Below, piece by piece: positions 1-12,800 of a stretch of DNA of 64,000 nucleotides. The translations under genes were made by a program, and so were the position numbers. Origin of the DNA: Oopsacas minuta (taxonomy: Eukaryota; Animalia; Porifera); assembly GCA_024704765.1 (NCBI GenBank), contig JAKMXF010000110.1, positions 682,001 to 746,000 on the forward strand, written 5' to 3'. Numbering within the stretch: position 1 is the first letter of the stretch; each line of letters opens with the position of its first letter. The notes under the pieces are model-generated. The model searched no databases. It was not told the origin of the DNA and saw nothing but the letters and a program-made list of their open reading frames with translations.

Positions 1-432
1 CCATTCTTGCTTGACAATTTGAACTAGAATAACATTCAACTTGTTGAGATAGAATCTGTGTTTCTCCATTTCTGGTTGCTCACTTGATATTTTAATAATA
101 AGAGCTACAATATACTTTTGAATACCATCACATTGCTCATGGGGTAATGCTTTCCATTTAGTTTTTATAACACCTTCAAGGATTTGGAGGGCAAAATATT
201 TGGTCTGTTCGTTGCTGGAGTACTCAAGGATCGCGTCTACTCGTGTCCAAGCGTCTGGATGTTCTTTTAGCCGAGTTAGGAGTTGCTGTGCAAGGTGTTG
301 ATGTTGTCCGCCACCTTGGAGCATACAAGATATAACTTGATCGAGTAGGTTTACGTCTAATCGTTCTTTGAATTCGAGAAGAGAAGTAGCGTGGTCAGGA
401 AGATCGTATTGACTCGGTGCAATAGAAACCAT
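1..432 (-). CDS. XPO1: Exportin-1 (CRM1), N-terminal exon; gene continues off the left edge
   Basis: Hand translation from the ATG at 432 gives MVSIAPSQYDLPDHATSLLEFKERLDVNLLDQVISCMLQGGGQHQHLAQQLLTRLKEHPDAWTRVDAILEYSSNEQTKYFALQILEGVIKTKWKALP...FYLNKLNVILVQIVKQEW. This matches the CRM1 N-terminus (LKEHPDAWTRVD, KLNxILVQIxKQEW). Open for 144 codons; not in the ORF track because it has no stop in the window. Confidence 0.93.
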   Translation of the reverse strand, partial: MVSIAPSQYDLPDHATSLLEFKERLDVNLLDQVISCMLQGGGQHQHLAQQLLTRLKEHPDAWTRVDAILEYSSNEQTKYFALQILEGVIKTKWKALPHEQCDGIQKYIVALIIKISSEQPEMEKHRFYLNKLNVILVQIVKQEW

Positions 433-1258
433 ATTAATCGTTTGAAATCTAATTTGTTAGTGTTTATTCATAAATTAGTTAAGGAGATCAGGTAGGGCTA
501 TTGTCCCCTCTCAAAATCAGTGGGTCTCACATACAATTCTGTCCGAAATATGCTACCTACCGCCAAATTCCCCGTCTATGGAGGTTCATTGTATGTAACT
601 ACTAGCATGAATTCGCTCAATATATTTTCACTCCGTTTCCGGAAGACCACTGTTCCCACAGGTCACGTTTGGTTGTGGAGATTACACAGTCGCGAACGAA
701 ATTCGTGAATCCAATATTCGTGAAATATTATAGAATATGATAAAACTCTGAAGAAAGGGCATTATAAAGCAGAGAATGGAGAAGAATCCATAACTATTGT
801 TGGAGAGGAAAATCTTGTAAGTCCAGTTACATTGAAACAATAGTAAAAATGTATCACAGAAAATTCATGAACTGGTAAAACCAGTTTTGCTCTTTCAATT
901 AGATTTCTACTGCTTCGCTAATTCTAATGCAATTGTAGGAATAATAGGATTCAATATTATATTATTAAAGTGTATGACTATGCATTTGAATGCTAGGAAG
1001 TAGAGTAATATCTTCGAGGTGTGAAAGTGTGAAGTTGCATGTAATAATCGCATATTAACCATGGATAATAGGGTTTTAAGAAAAGTGGAGAGGAAATGGT
1101 GAAGTATGCTAGCCAACTCTGGATTATCCCCTGGGGTTATTGATTTCTTTGCGGGACATAGCGTATAGTATGTCTCGTAGCAAATGAGGACAGGTTTGGG
1201 CACGGTTAGGCGGGATATGATCTCAACAATTGACAGAAAAACAACAGCAAAACAACAA

Positions 1259-4200
1259 CTAACCCAAGAATTCCTCCATCTTGATCCTTTCAACTTCCTC
1301 TCCAGCATTAGTGCCCATCTCTACTATACCATTATCCCAGTTACCTAACCGCTTAGCTTGCTTCACTAGGAAATCAAATGTATCAAGAAACCATTGGAAT
1401 ATGGTGTTTTGTAGTTGTACTTCTATTCCTAGTGATAAATAAACAAATAAACAAACTGATGAACATACAAACAAACAAACAAACAAACAAACAAACCTAG
1501 TAGTCTATTCAAGAACTTAGATACACTGTTGCTCTCCTTGTCTAGAGTAATCTTCCCTTTAGGAGTTCTAGACAGAATATCAACAGTTATGAGAGCATTT
1601 ATAGCAGCCTGTCTGGTGGATATATCAGCTGATCTGAGCGAACTAGCTAGTGGAGATACTCTCCCTATCAAACAACGGAGAAGAGAATCTAGAGCTAGGA
1701 GGCCGTCTCTTGTATCAAAGTTAAATCTACAAGAATAAAGAGCAAATTGTATTAGCAAGGGAAATTCGTGCAAATATGAATTCTAATTAATCGGAGAAGT
1801 CCAATGGAAAATTCTCTAAATTTTCGGAAGGAAGGGGTTACCTGGAGAAATCATTTGACTCGACACTAGCTGCTTTCCTGTCCCCTCTAGTCAGAGCCCC
1901 CAGACTCTCTAGTCTACGAGCTATGACAGATGCGAACCTCCTCTCACCAGCTAGCTCAGATATTAAGAATAGATATTGAGGGGGCATAGCTTGGTTAGAC
2001 CTGTGTGTTCTACCGAATTGTTGTACTGCTTTATCAGCTGTCCATGGAAGCTCTAATGTTATGTGTAGTCTCTGTTTTTGGTTCTTGTAGCTAAAAATAG
2101 CGACAGAGTATAATATACTTAACAACATAGTTACAGCATAACCAGATGGAATTTGTTTGTTGTCAAGAGCTAATTGGAAAGATTGGAATTTTACGGAACT
2201 ACAGTCAACTCTCGTTCTATCGAAGCTGAAGGGATCCATGAGAAATACTTAGATATAGCAGAAGACAATTATGTTAGTTTGACAGTTTGGGACCATATTT
2301 GGATATTTTTCATAGGGCATATGGATATATCCATGTTCGATGTAACGGGTGTTGACAGAAGTTGAAAGTGTCCTACCGTTTATCAGCATGTAGGGATATA
2401 CCAGAAGAAGCAGCTTCTGAGATAATAGCGATATCAACTTCACCATCCATGAACCGTCTCTTTTCCTCCATATTGAGGAGGTCTATTGGAACATCCAGAC
2501 ATGACCTGCGCTCGTACTTAATCCCTGGTTCCATTTCATCAACTGCTGTATCAACGTTTTGTGTTACAACACGACCTTTCCTACCAGTCATTTCTGATAC
2601 CTGAAGTATAAAAACATTTCAACTGTGCGGACAGCTGTAATTTTGAAGGCACTAAGTTCAAATGACATTTATAGTGCAAAATAATGGCAGTTGGTACAGG
2701 TTGTAAATATCCTAATTTCCCAAAGCCTACAATCTCATTGCATTGAGCAAAAATGAAAAGGTGTGAAGGTGTGAAATATACACAATAAAAATTTTTTGAC
2801 GTTAAGTCACTACGTGTATATATGACAAATTTAGTGTCTTAATCTCTAAAGGTGTGAACAGGAGAGTGGAATGGAGAATCGACTGAGCCACAATACTGAA
2901 ACCTTGTTGACACAGGTGAATACACCGGAATTAACAACATTCCTGATAACGAAGCGAAGGTGTCAAATATTAACACAAATGAATACCTGACTAGGCCCGC
3001 CCAGACAATCAATCAATTCATCTAAGGTGTTGTTAGGTAGAACTACTCCGATTTCTTCCACTCTACCAAGCAGATCCTGCTTCATATTTTTAGTTATCTG
3101 ATACACATCTCTTGGGTCTGTCTTTGGAGATTCTTCTTTCATTTCTAACACCTGTGGTTGCTTAGCAACCGGAGAAGAATGTTCAGGTTCAGGTGGTATA
3201 TCATCTTCTATATCTATACATGTAATATATACATTCTAACAGATTTACAAAGGTGTTATAATCCAAATTTGTTGTGTAAACAAACCTAATTTCAATTTTT
3301 TCGTTTTCTTAGTGGCTAGCCATGGTACTGAGCCTTCGGCAAATGGATTGAGATCTTCTGCACTTGTTTCAGACGAACTTATATATCTGTATATTAATTT
3401 GTAAACAAACAACAAAACAACAACAAAATAAACACTACCTTGTGTACAAACTCTCCCCGGGGTCACCAGAAGGAACAGCCTCCCAATTAACTTCAGAGGT
3501 GTCAGAGTTAGAATTGTCAGATTCTAGAGCACTATCTCTCTCAGGATTCGAACCAACTGGAGAATCTGAAGCTTCTGCTTGGACAGCTGATTTCAGATCT
3601 AAACAAAGAATGGTTCATGGTACCAGTGTCCGTATAGGTCTATAAATTACAGACAAACTGTAGGAAATGACCCGATTAACCTGCGAAGCTATTAAGCAGA
3701 GTCCCCCTGTATTGTCAAATATGGATTTATGGGAGGAGAAGGCTTTCTAAAGTGGTCTTTTATAGACAAATATAAATATGAGAAAATATTACATACCATT
3801 ATCAACATCTTTGCGTATAACTTTCTTCTTAACACTTGTATACGGAGCAGGGAAATGTCTCTGAATTAGAGTAACAAGTACTCCTTTAGCAGAAGAAACG
3901 AACTCACTAATCTCGCCTCCTCTCTCTTCTAGGACATCTAAGAGACGGGATTCTCCAGTGCTCTGTAGTCCTATCACTACACACATATTGTCACGTATAG
4001 CGTGTTTAGCTAGGCGTACTGCTCCTTGTACCTAACAGGAATATGTCTTCAAGGTGTGAGAATTAACGCGGTTATACATTCCCCATCTTGGGTTCATAGA
4101 CCCCCACAGGATCTCAGATTTGTACTGCAGGATATGGGAGGGGTAGAGAATGTGTTCTATTCGTATAAAGGGTAAATAAGGTTGGGAACTGCTGCAGTAG

Positions 4201-7200
4201 AACCTCGTAACTCCAGATAAGCAGTAAATAATGTGTCGTTTGAACCACTAAGTCCACAACTTCAGAAACCACTACACTTATCGAATATGTAGCTTGAATA
4301 GCGAATATTTAACGCATAGAGTGGCTAACCAAAAAACCACTTTGGGGACACATTATGACACCTTAACGAGGTTCTACTCAGAGGTAAATGCAGGAATCCT
4401 GGGACGACACATTTATCTTACTGACACTCTCCTAGGATAACACTTTGTATCCTTCTTGGGTTGCTGAATAAGCACCCTAGACAACCCATATTAACTAACC
4501 TTAGAAGCAATGCACAAGTATTTGAAGAATCTCTGATGTGCTGCCCAAAATAGCGCCATTACATACTTCATTTTGCGATTGTCAAAAGATAGTAACTTCA
4601 AAGCTTCAAGAAATTTCTGTCTGCATTCAACCCAGAATTTACAAGCTATGTTGTATACTTCTATGTAAGCTTGTGTTAGAGGAACTTCTTGTATTTGGAA
4701 CTGTACGCTATTAAAACTCAGCTGTCTTGACACATATAGGCCTAGAAAATATAGTAAAGTAACTCTGCTTAAGTGGGTAGAGGCCAGTTTGACCTGAATG
4801 TTATGCAACCTCCACAAACGGAGCCGGCGTACCATGTATTGATATTATTATACAACCACAAAATTGGGAATAAATTTCAATACAGTTTAGTTTCAGGGAA
4901 AAAATTCCGCAACAACAACAACAACAACTATGAAAAAGTCTCCTACGAAACTACCAGCAGCTGGTTCGCCTCTTCCTGACTTATCACTGTCTAAACCGGA
5001 ACCAATCCAACTCGATACACCGACACAAATTATCGCACCTCAAGATCTAGAACAACTCGCCACTTTAGTCGACACACCGGACACTTTAAACGACACATTT
5101 ACCAAACTTCTAACACTTGCAAAAGATCCAAAAACAGATATGAAAACTAAAATCGAGAGAGACTTCCTACTCTTTGCTTATTACTGGGCAAATAAGCAAG
5201 GATTCGAAACTGAAAATATTTCAACATTCCTTGGTTTTATTTACGACCTCTATCATTCAATATCGTTCGAGGAGACGGACAAAAAGAAATTGATCTCCGA
5301 GATTGAGGGGAAACTGAGAGGAGGGGGTGTCGAAGGGTATGTAGGGGGTCTAACTGGGTTGTCAGAGGAGCAATTGAAGAGTGTTCTCCAGTTTATTAGT
5401 TTATCATTGTTACAACACTTTAGGTTGTATAAATATGTGCTAACGAAAGAGAGAGCTAGTGAAGTTGTCAAGCAGAGTGTAAGTTAGATATTAGTCCCAC
5501 CAAGGATGCATGCTACATGGGGGGGATGTTCGATACCCAAAAATTCCATTAAGTACAAGTAAATACAAATCAATTTGATAATTATCACTGAAATCGGGCA
5601 AAATCATTTATCCACAACGATTTCTAGGAAAAAATTTGATAAAAGGCTTTGCAAGAATTCTGAGTTCGTTATATGTGCTAATAGGAAATCTCTGGTACAG
5701 TGCTATAGAGAATTGTTAGGGCTATTCAATGAACCTATGATTGATGCATTAGACCCCAAACTGACCGAGTTATACCAGTTTAATTTGTAATAATTCTATT
5801 CTAGATTACGATTGAAACTGTTCCAGATGCTTCTACACAACTAATAGCTCCATTAGAAGAAGCAGTCCCTGTCTCATTCTACAACTCTCTAATCAACCCA
5901 CAGCCAAACTCTGAGATGAAAGGTGACACAATTGAACCACATGACACCATACAAAAAACTGAGACAGAAATTGAAGCAATCAAAGAAAAATTTACTGCGG
6001 AGAAGTGAAAAAAGGAGTCCAATAGTGACGGATACTTAACTGGAGAATACCAGTGAGAAAAATGGAATTAGAATCACGAATATTTATTCACATATTTACA
6101 AATAAACTTTCATATACTTATATTACCGCCGATTATTGAAGGGACAGTTTATTCGAGGGCCAGCTGTTCCCAACATGGGATCTATGTGCCCCTTGGTGAT
6201 CCAGGAACAACAGCAGGGGGTCCACAGGATCTCAATATTTGTATTTGTAGTCTATGGGAGCAGGACAAAGCGAACGAGTCAATCAGAGATTTGCTAGACA
6301 CGTGGGACGCTCCTTTAAGCCATGATTTGAGACAAATATAATTAAGAACCTGAATGTGTTCTATAGAATAATTAAAATAGCCCGATTTATACGCATGAGA
6401 ATCACAATCGTTAGAAGTATGTAGCTACAAACCTAAAATCCCTACGGCCAAATCAGCTTATTATAAAATGATAAACCAGTTACTGAAAGAATGCTTCGGG
6501 AATTGTCTCGTATTTTAAGAATATTTGATTATGATGCCATCAGTATTGATAGGGGAATTCTAGTATAATATTACCAAAAACTTTCATTTTGAAACTCTGA
6601 CAGTTAAAATTGTAATGTATAATATATTACTGTGATTTTGCTGAGGGAAAATGGGAGATATTGTTCTGCTATTATATCTAGGAGAGGAATCTGTCTAACT
6701 CCAATTAGGTAAAAATGATGTACTAATAAATCAACTTTGTTTGTATAAATACAACTCAAACAACAAACAATTAATAGTTTCAATGGAGAAATATTTACAA
6801 AACAAAGCGTATATCCATATTCCTGTATTTGTATTGAATGCTTTGGGAGTAGTGTTTTCACTTGGTGTCGTGTTTTTTGGAATTATATGGTCTGGGCATT
6901 TTATCAATCACATACAGTATGTTAAACGGAAGATAAAAGCGATCAAAGGATACACAAATCATATCGAGAGGGAACGGTACATCAACGCGGTGATCGACTA
7001 CAAAAAGTCTGTTTTTCTAACTATCATTTCATTCACTGAATCATGGTTACATGTATTCTTTTGGATCATAATTTCATATCCACAGATAAAAGAGAATTCC
7101 CAAAACAATACTCTCCCACAATTCGCAGAAGTTTTGGAGAACGACACCTTATACGATGTTCTGGTGATAATTTCCATGACAATATTCATATTTTTGGGGT

Positions 7201-9780
7201 CATTGGTATGCATGCTTACGTCATACCTCACGAAGGCCTACGACACAAAACGAGAGATAAATTTCAACGAATACCCGCTGTTTATTTGGCTTGTAATCCA
7301 ATTGGCTATTGGATGGACTATTAGCCTCATACCAGGCTGGCGTAGTGAATGCGTTCCAATCTACACAATTGGTATCTGTGTTGCTCAGATAATTGTCTAC
7401 GTCAGAAAAGCGAAAAAACTATATTGCGTTCTACGTAGAAGAAGAATCGATGCCTATTTTGAAGATATGGACTTATACAAAAATTTGATCGCGATGTGTG
7501 AAAATTTCAAATATGGCGCAATGTTATACACAACGAATTTGGTATTATACTTAAGCGAATTGGTCATATCGATAATACAGTATTTTTTCGTTGGGATTTT
7601 CATAAAAATCCAGTTTTTAGAAGAGACGCTGCACATTCGGGACCCATTTAATAGTGTCAAATATGATGATAAGAAGGTGTTACATGATATACATCATGTT
7701 TTTACATATGTTATTAGTTTTATAACTATGCTAATGCTATTCTTCTCGTTTATGCTGCATTTATTGATCGTTCTAAGAGCAATTGTTAGACGAATACAAA
7801 AGAAAAGAGCGATGAATTCGGAGATGAGGAATGTTCAAAATATGTTATATCGGCCACTAATCGAAGAAAGTTAATTCTTATATTTTGTTGTAGTTTTTAC
7901 AGTTAAAATACCAAAAATGTTTATTTACTGGTAATCTGGGGGCAAAATTATGAATAAGAATTACAAATGAATTCCTACCTCTCAATTTCATATCCATGGC
8001 AACCAACTCCATTGCTCCAACACCTCCCTTCTCAACAGCACGATTGAATTCTTGGAATGTTTGGAATTGTGTCCCGCTTCCCCAGAGTCCTAACCGCACC
8101 ATGTATGCTAAATGCTTAACTTCAGAAGCTCCTGTAGCACTGCAGTAAACAATCCGCGCTTTTGGAAGTCTAAATAACAATTAATAAATATTCATGATTG
8201 ATATCTGCAAATGTCAGAATTGAATTCTAGGCATCCAAATACCCCGGGCGTTGATACGAAACCTCTAGCATCATTTTGAATTATTAGCCAAAAGGTGTGA
8301 AAATATGATTAATCATATGATAAATAATTATATCTACATCTTATACACCTCAACAACCAACAGAACTACAGGTAACATTAAAATAATTGCATTACAGCGC
8401 TAATCTAATTAGAACCAATAGAATGGGAGTATATTTACTTGTGGAAAGTCTCCGATCTGATTGATTTAACTGTAACTGCAAAAAGGTGTGAAAATATTTA
8501 GATCATAAAATTCTATACCCGAGGTCCACACCTACACCCCAGAATGTACCCATTTTCAAGTCAATCGGACAAATAGATTTCTCAGGACATCACGGACGGA
8601 CATCGCCCATGCCAATAGAGCATCTCGATATACTGGAACTGAAACTATAACTTTACCTTCTCTGTAGCTCTAATACAACATTCCCAGTCTTAGAGGGCTT
8701 CATAGAGGCTGTAGTTGGGTACAAATTCTTAGCTTTGTGACACTCATCTAGGACAATAACACCTTCAAAGTGTGGCCCTAACCAGTGGAGGATCTGACTC
8801 AACCTAAAAACAAATTTAGTAAACAATAAACAATAAACAATAAACAAACAAACAAACAAACAAACAAACCTTGTCCTATACTTTCCACTAGCAGAAGATC
8901 CGCTAATTAAAGATGAGTATGTGGAGAATATTATTCCCTTCTTAACACCTCCATTCCTCTTCCCACTAATCTTTCCATATTTGAATTTATTTAGTGCGTG
9001 GAGGACTATTCTATTAGCACCTATATCCCTGAGGTCTCTCATAGCATCATACCTCAAATCGTTTGAAACGGAGAGCCATAGACCTTTCTTCCGACCCTCT
9101 ATGTAATTCTGGTGTATTATACCTGTAAGATATGAGTATTAATCATATTTTCACACCTTTAAATCAGCGTTCCCAACCATTTTCACCTGCTGACTCCTCC
9201 TATAAACCGTAATACATAATTTCAGATCAGTGTGGACCCAGGTTAATATTTGATATGTTTCACCTTCTAAAAGTTGTAAAAATATGATAATAAGGATCGT
9301 TTAAACGACTGTTCAGGGGTGTCATATAAACCAGTGTAACAGCAGTTCCCACCTGGGTCCATCGACCCCTTGGTGGTTTACTGAGAACAGCAGGGGTTGC
9401 AGTATAGCTCCTCACCTGCAATAATCCTTCCCTTCCCTACACCCGCACCGTCTCCAATCAGGAATCCAGCTCGCTCTCCGTTACTGAGAATATTACAGTG
9501 CTGCTGACAAGCATACACAATAGCTTCTAGCTGCATATCAGAGAGACAAACTCTAGATAGAGTATCTTTAGGTAAAGACAGGTCGAACCATATGTTCGGC
9601 GGTTCCACACTGGACAGAGAGGTTGTCTCTACGATAGGGTCAGGGTGCTGATACCCGAACCTGAGTCTAGAGGGTCTGTATATAGAGTATGACGTCAGAG
9701 GCTTGCATTCTTCAGATATGATGTCATCTTCTGATTCTAAATTAGTTACATGCTTATTCAGTTGATTGGTTTGCTTGTTC

Positions 9781-9858
<78 letters not shown>

Positions 9859-12800
9859 TTGTCTGTTTGTTTGTCTGTCTATTTGTTTGTTTGTTTGTTT
9901 GTTTGTTTGTTTGTATACTCACCATCATCATCAGATGAATAAGATCGAGCAATCATAACAGGTCTTTGTCTCTTAGTATAAGTTCTAGTTCTGTTACTCC
10001 TTACAGCATAACTCTCATCTCTCTCTTCTGATCTAGAGTCTATTAATAGTAACAACAAAACAGCAATAAACACCCATAACGTCATCACAGCATAAAATGT
10101 CCAATTCAGGAAAATTTTCAACTTCGTAATATGTTAATTAGAAGTGTTAACTGAAGCTAACAAGTGATAATATAATATATACCTGTGTTATCAGAGCTAG
10201 AGGGTATATATGTTCCTCCTGACTTCAGATTTCTTCTATTAGTCCTCTCTCTAAGAGGATCAAGCAAGGAGGGGAGAGAGTGTTTACGGGGTCTCCCCCT
10301 CAGTGGTTCAGAGGATAAAACACGGTGCCTACTGGGTGTCGCCTTCAGGTGGCCAATGGATAAGACAGGGTATTTACGAGGTCTCCCTCTCTTCCGTTTA
10401 GGAGGTGAAGGTAGTGGAGGTATAAATCTGTTATAGGTGTCATTAGGGGTAAGTCTGGTACGAGTTGGATTGGTTGGTTCAATAACTGGCGATGCCTTGA
10501 TGACCTATAAATAATTTGTCATTAATTATTATTTAAAACAGCGGTTCTTAAACTCTCATCGGCTATGGAAGCAGTTCCCAACCTGTGGTCCACGGAGGAC
10601 AGCAGGGTTCACAGAATATATTGCAGTCTATGGGAGGGGGTCCACGGTTGAAAATGTAGGGAACAGCTGGGTTATGGCATACTTAACAACCGCTTTTATA
10701 ATTTCACGCGGGAGAGTATGCTATGGCCACACGCAAGTGGACTTTCTGGTTTGGTAACTTTTGGTCATATAACCACTTTATAAGGTGTTAAATATGGTTA
10801 TTAAAGTCACTGACATATGTGATCACCTCCAGAGTAAATTGTATAGAGCCAGTTGGATTTGGTAGTTTCCAATTCAATACTCTATCTCGAAACCAACACC
10901 TTTATGTACCAGATGATAATAAAAACAGACTCCAAATCCTAACAACTGATCTGGTATTCAATGACACGCTACAACCTGTTGATGTAAGTTCACAAACAAT
11001 CAAATGTTTGTGTTGAGCTATGAAGACAATTCGTGTAAACAAGTGTTTACTCTCTCAGGAGAGAAGTCCCGATCCTTAGTTACCAGAGGAAGAAATGGAA
11101 TGCAAGTAGTAGGAGAATTCTCCTTCTATTCGGACGACACGATAACATTCTCATTAGCGAATTGTTAACTAACGAATTTCGTCACGAGAAGACTCCTTGA
11201 ATGACAGTGAAGCTGCAATTATCAACCTCCAATAAAGATATTACAATCGATTAGAATATCATCTTTGGAGCTGTTTATGGAGTGAAAATTGGTCTGATGC
11301 ACCCTCCAAAAGGTGTCAATAGTCCATTTAAATGTGGATGTCAGAGGTGTTCCCGTATTGATGATAATACAGTAGATACGAATTAATACGAACTCTGGAT
11401 AAAGAGAACAACCTTGACGGTCAGTTGATGTGTCCACTGAATATTAGCATTTATGCTAGTAATGAAGGATAAGCAAGAAATTCCTGAAAACAAATATGTG
11501 CATATACAAGATGTAAACAAACCTGTTTATCAGTTGTTGTGTTACTCTTTGGTGTCCGTGGAGAACATGGAACTATTGATATTTTAACATCTAACATTTT
11601 TGAGGTGGAACTGGTATCCAAGGAATTGTTAGCTTTTGAATCTGTTTGAGAATCTTTTTCTGATTTTTCGTTATCGATTTCTTCAGATTTTGAATTTTCC
11701 AAACTATTTTGCTTGACAAAATTCAAATTTTCTTCAGATTTATTCATATTTCTTGTTTTGCTATTTCTGTCAGATTTTTCAGGTTTTTCGGGTATAATTT
11801 TCTCAATCCTTTCTGCCTTCTTTTTCGTAACATTTTGGGGTACACTTTGTCTATTTGGTATACTCCTATTACGTAATCTTAATTCAGATATAGCAACCTT
11901 CTCGCGGTTAATACGCTTTGGTTTCAAAACAAAATCTTCGGAATTTCCTGGATTATTACCACTCCTCGTTTGGATGGAATATTTAGCTAAACTTCTGGTT
12001 TGGTGGAATTTTGTTGCTGTTTTTGAAGGAATATTATTGTTTCGCTTTTTAGTTTGCTTCTTGTTAATTGGAGATTTTGTTGGCTTAACTTGTAGCGATC
12101 GGGAGCGGGTTATACGACAGGGAACTGACGAATCAGATTGATCGTTTTCAGAACTAGACACATTAGGCTCTTCTGATGGTTCATCGCCTATAAATAGGAA
12201 ATTACAGTAAACTCTTGTTATATCTAAGCTCAAGAGACCCTGATAATTACTTCGATATAACCGATAGGATATATAATACTTTGACCGTTTGGGGCCATAT
12301 TTGTACAATTTCACACTTCGATATAAGCGGCGGGTGTTTAGATATATCCGTATTAGATATAACAGGAGTTGACGTATATAAATGGTCATGCATTGCGGAC
12401 TATAGCCAAAAATTAACCTTCCATTTCTGATCGGGGTATTTCTACTCCTGAATTTTCATTTCGAGGACTTTCAATCTTAACTCCAGAAATAGTATCCTCG
12501 TGTTCATGTAAGTCACTTCCTGGATACGAGCTTTGTACGGTGGTATGCATACACGCATCAGTTTCCTGGAACAAAACATCTGAGAGAAGTTTGTCAGTTC
12601 CGCAGTCAGGGGACAATAATGGCTCTAGGAGATCACTAGTGGAACCTACAATATTAGCCAATAAGAATTGAGAGTTTTCATCTTGTAAAGTAGGCTGAGA
12701 GCTAACGATCTGATTGGTTGAAGGCTCCTGTATTTCATTTGTGAATCTCTCTATGAAAGTAACTAAATCATCTCCCGTGTCTAGATTAGGTCCCTGTAGT

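Noticed and set aside
520-708. VPTGHVWL resembles the mitochondrial IMP1/IMP2 peptidase motif VPxGHVWLEGDN
   Set aside because: The required EGDN..NS.DSR does not follow in any frame; likely chance.
9750-9952. ORFs reading CLSV/QTDR repeats
   Set aside because: Translations of an intronic microsatellite.
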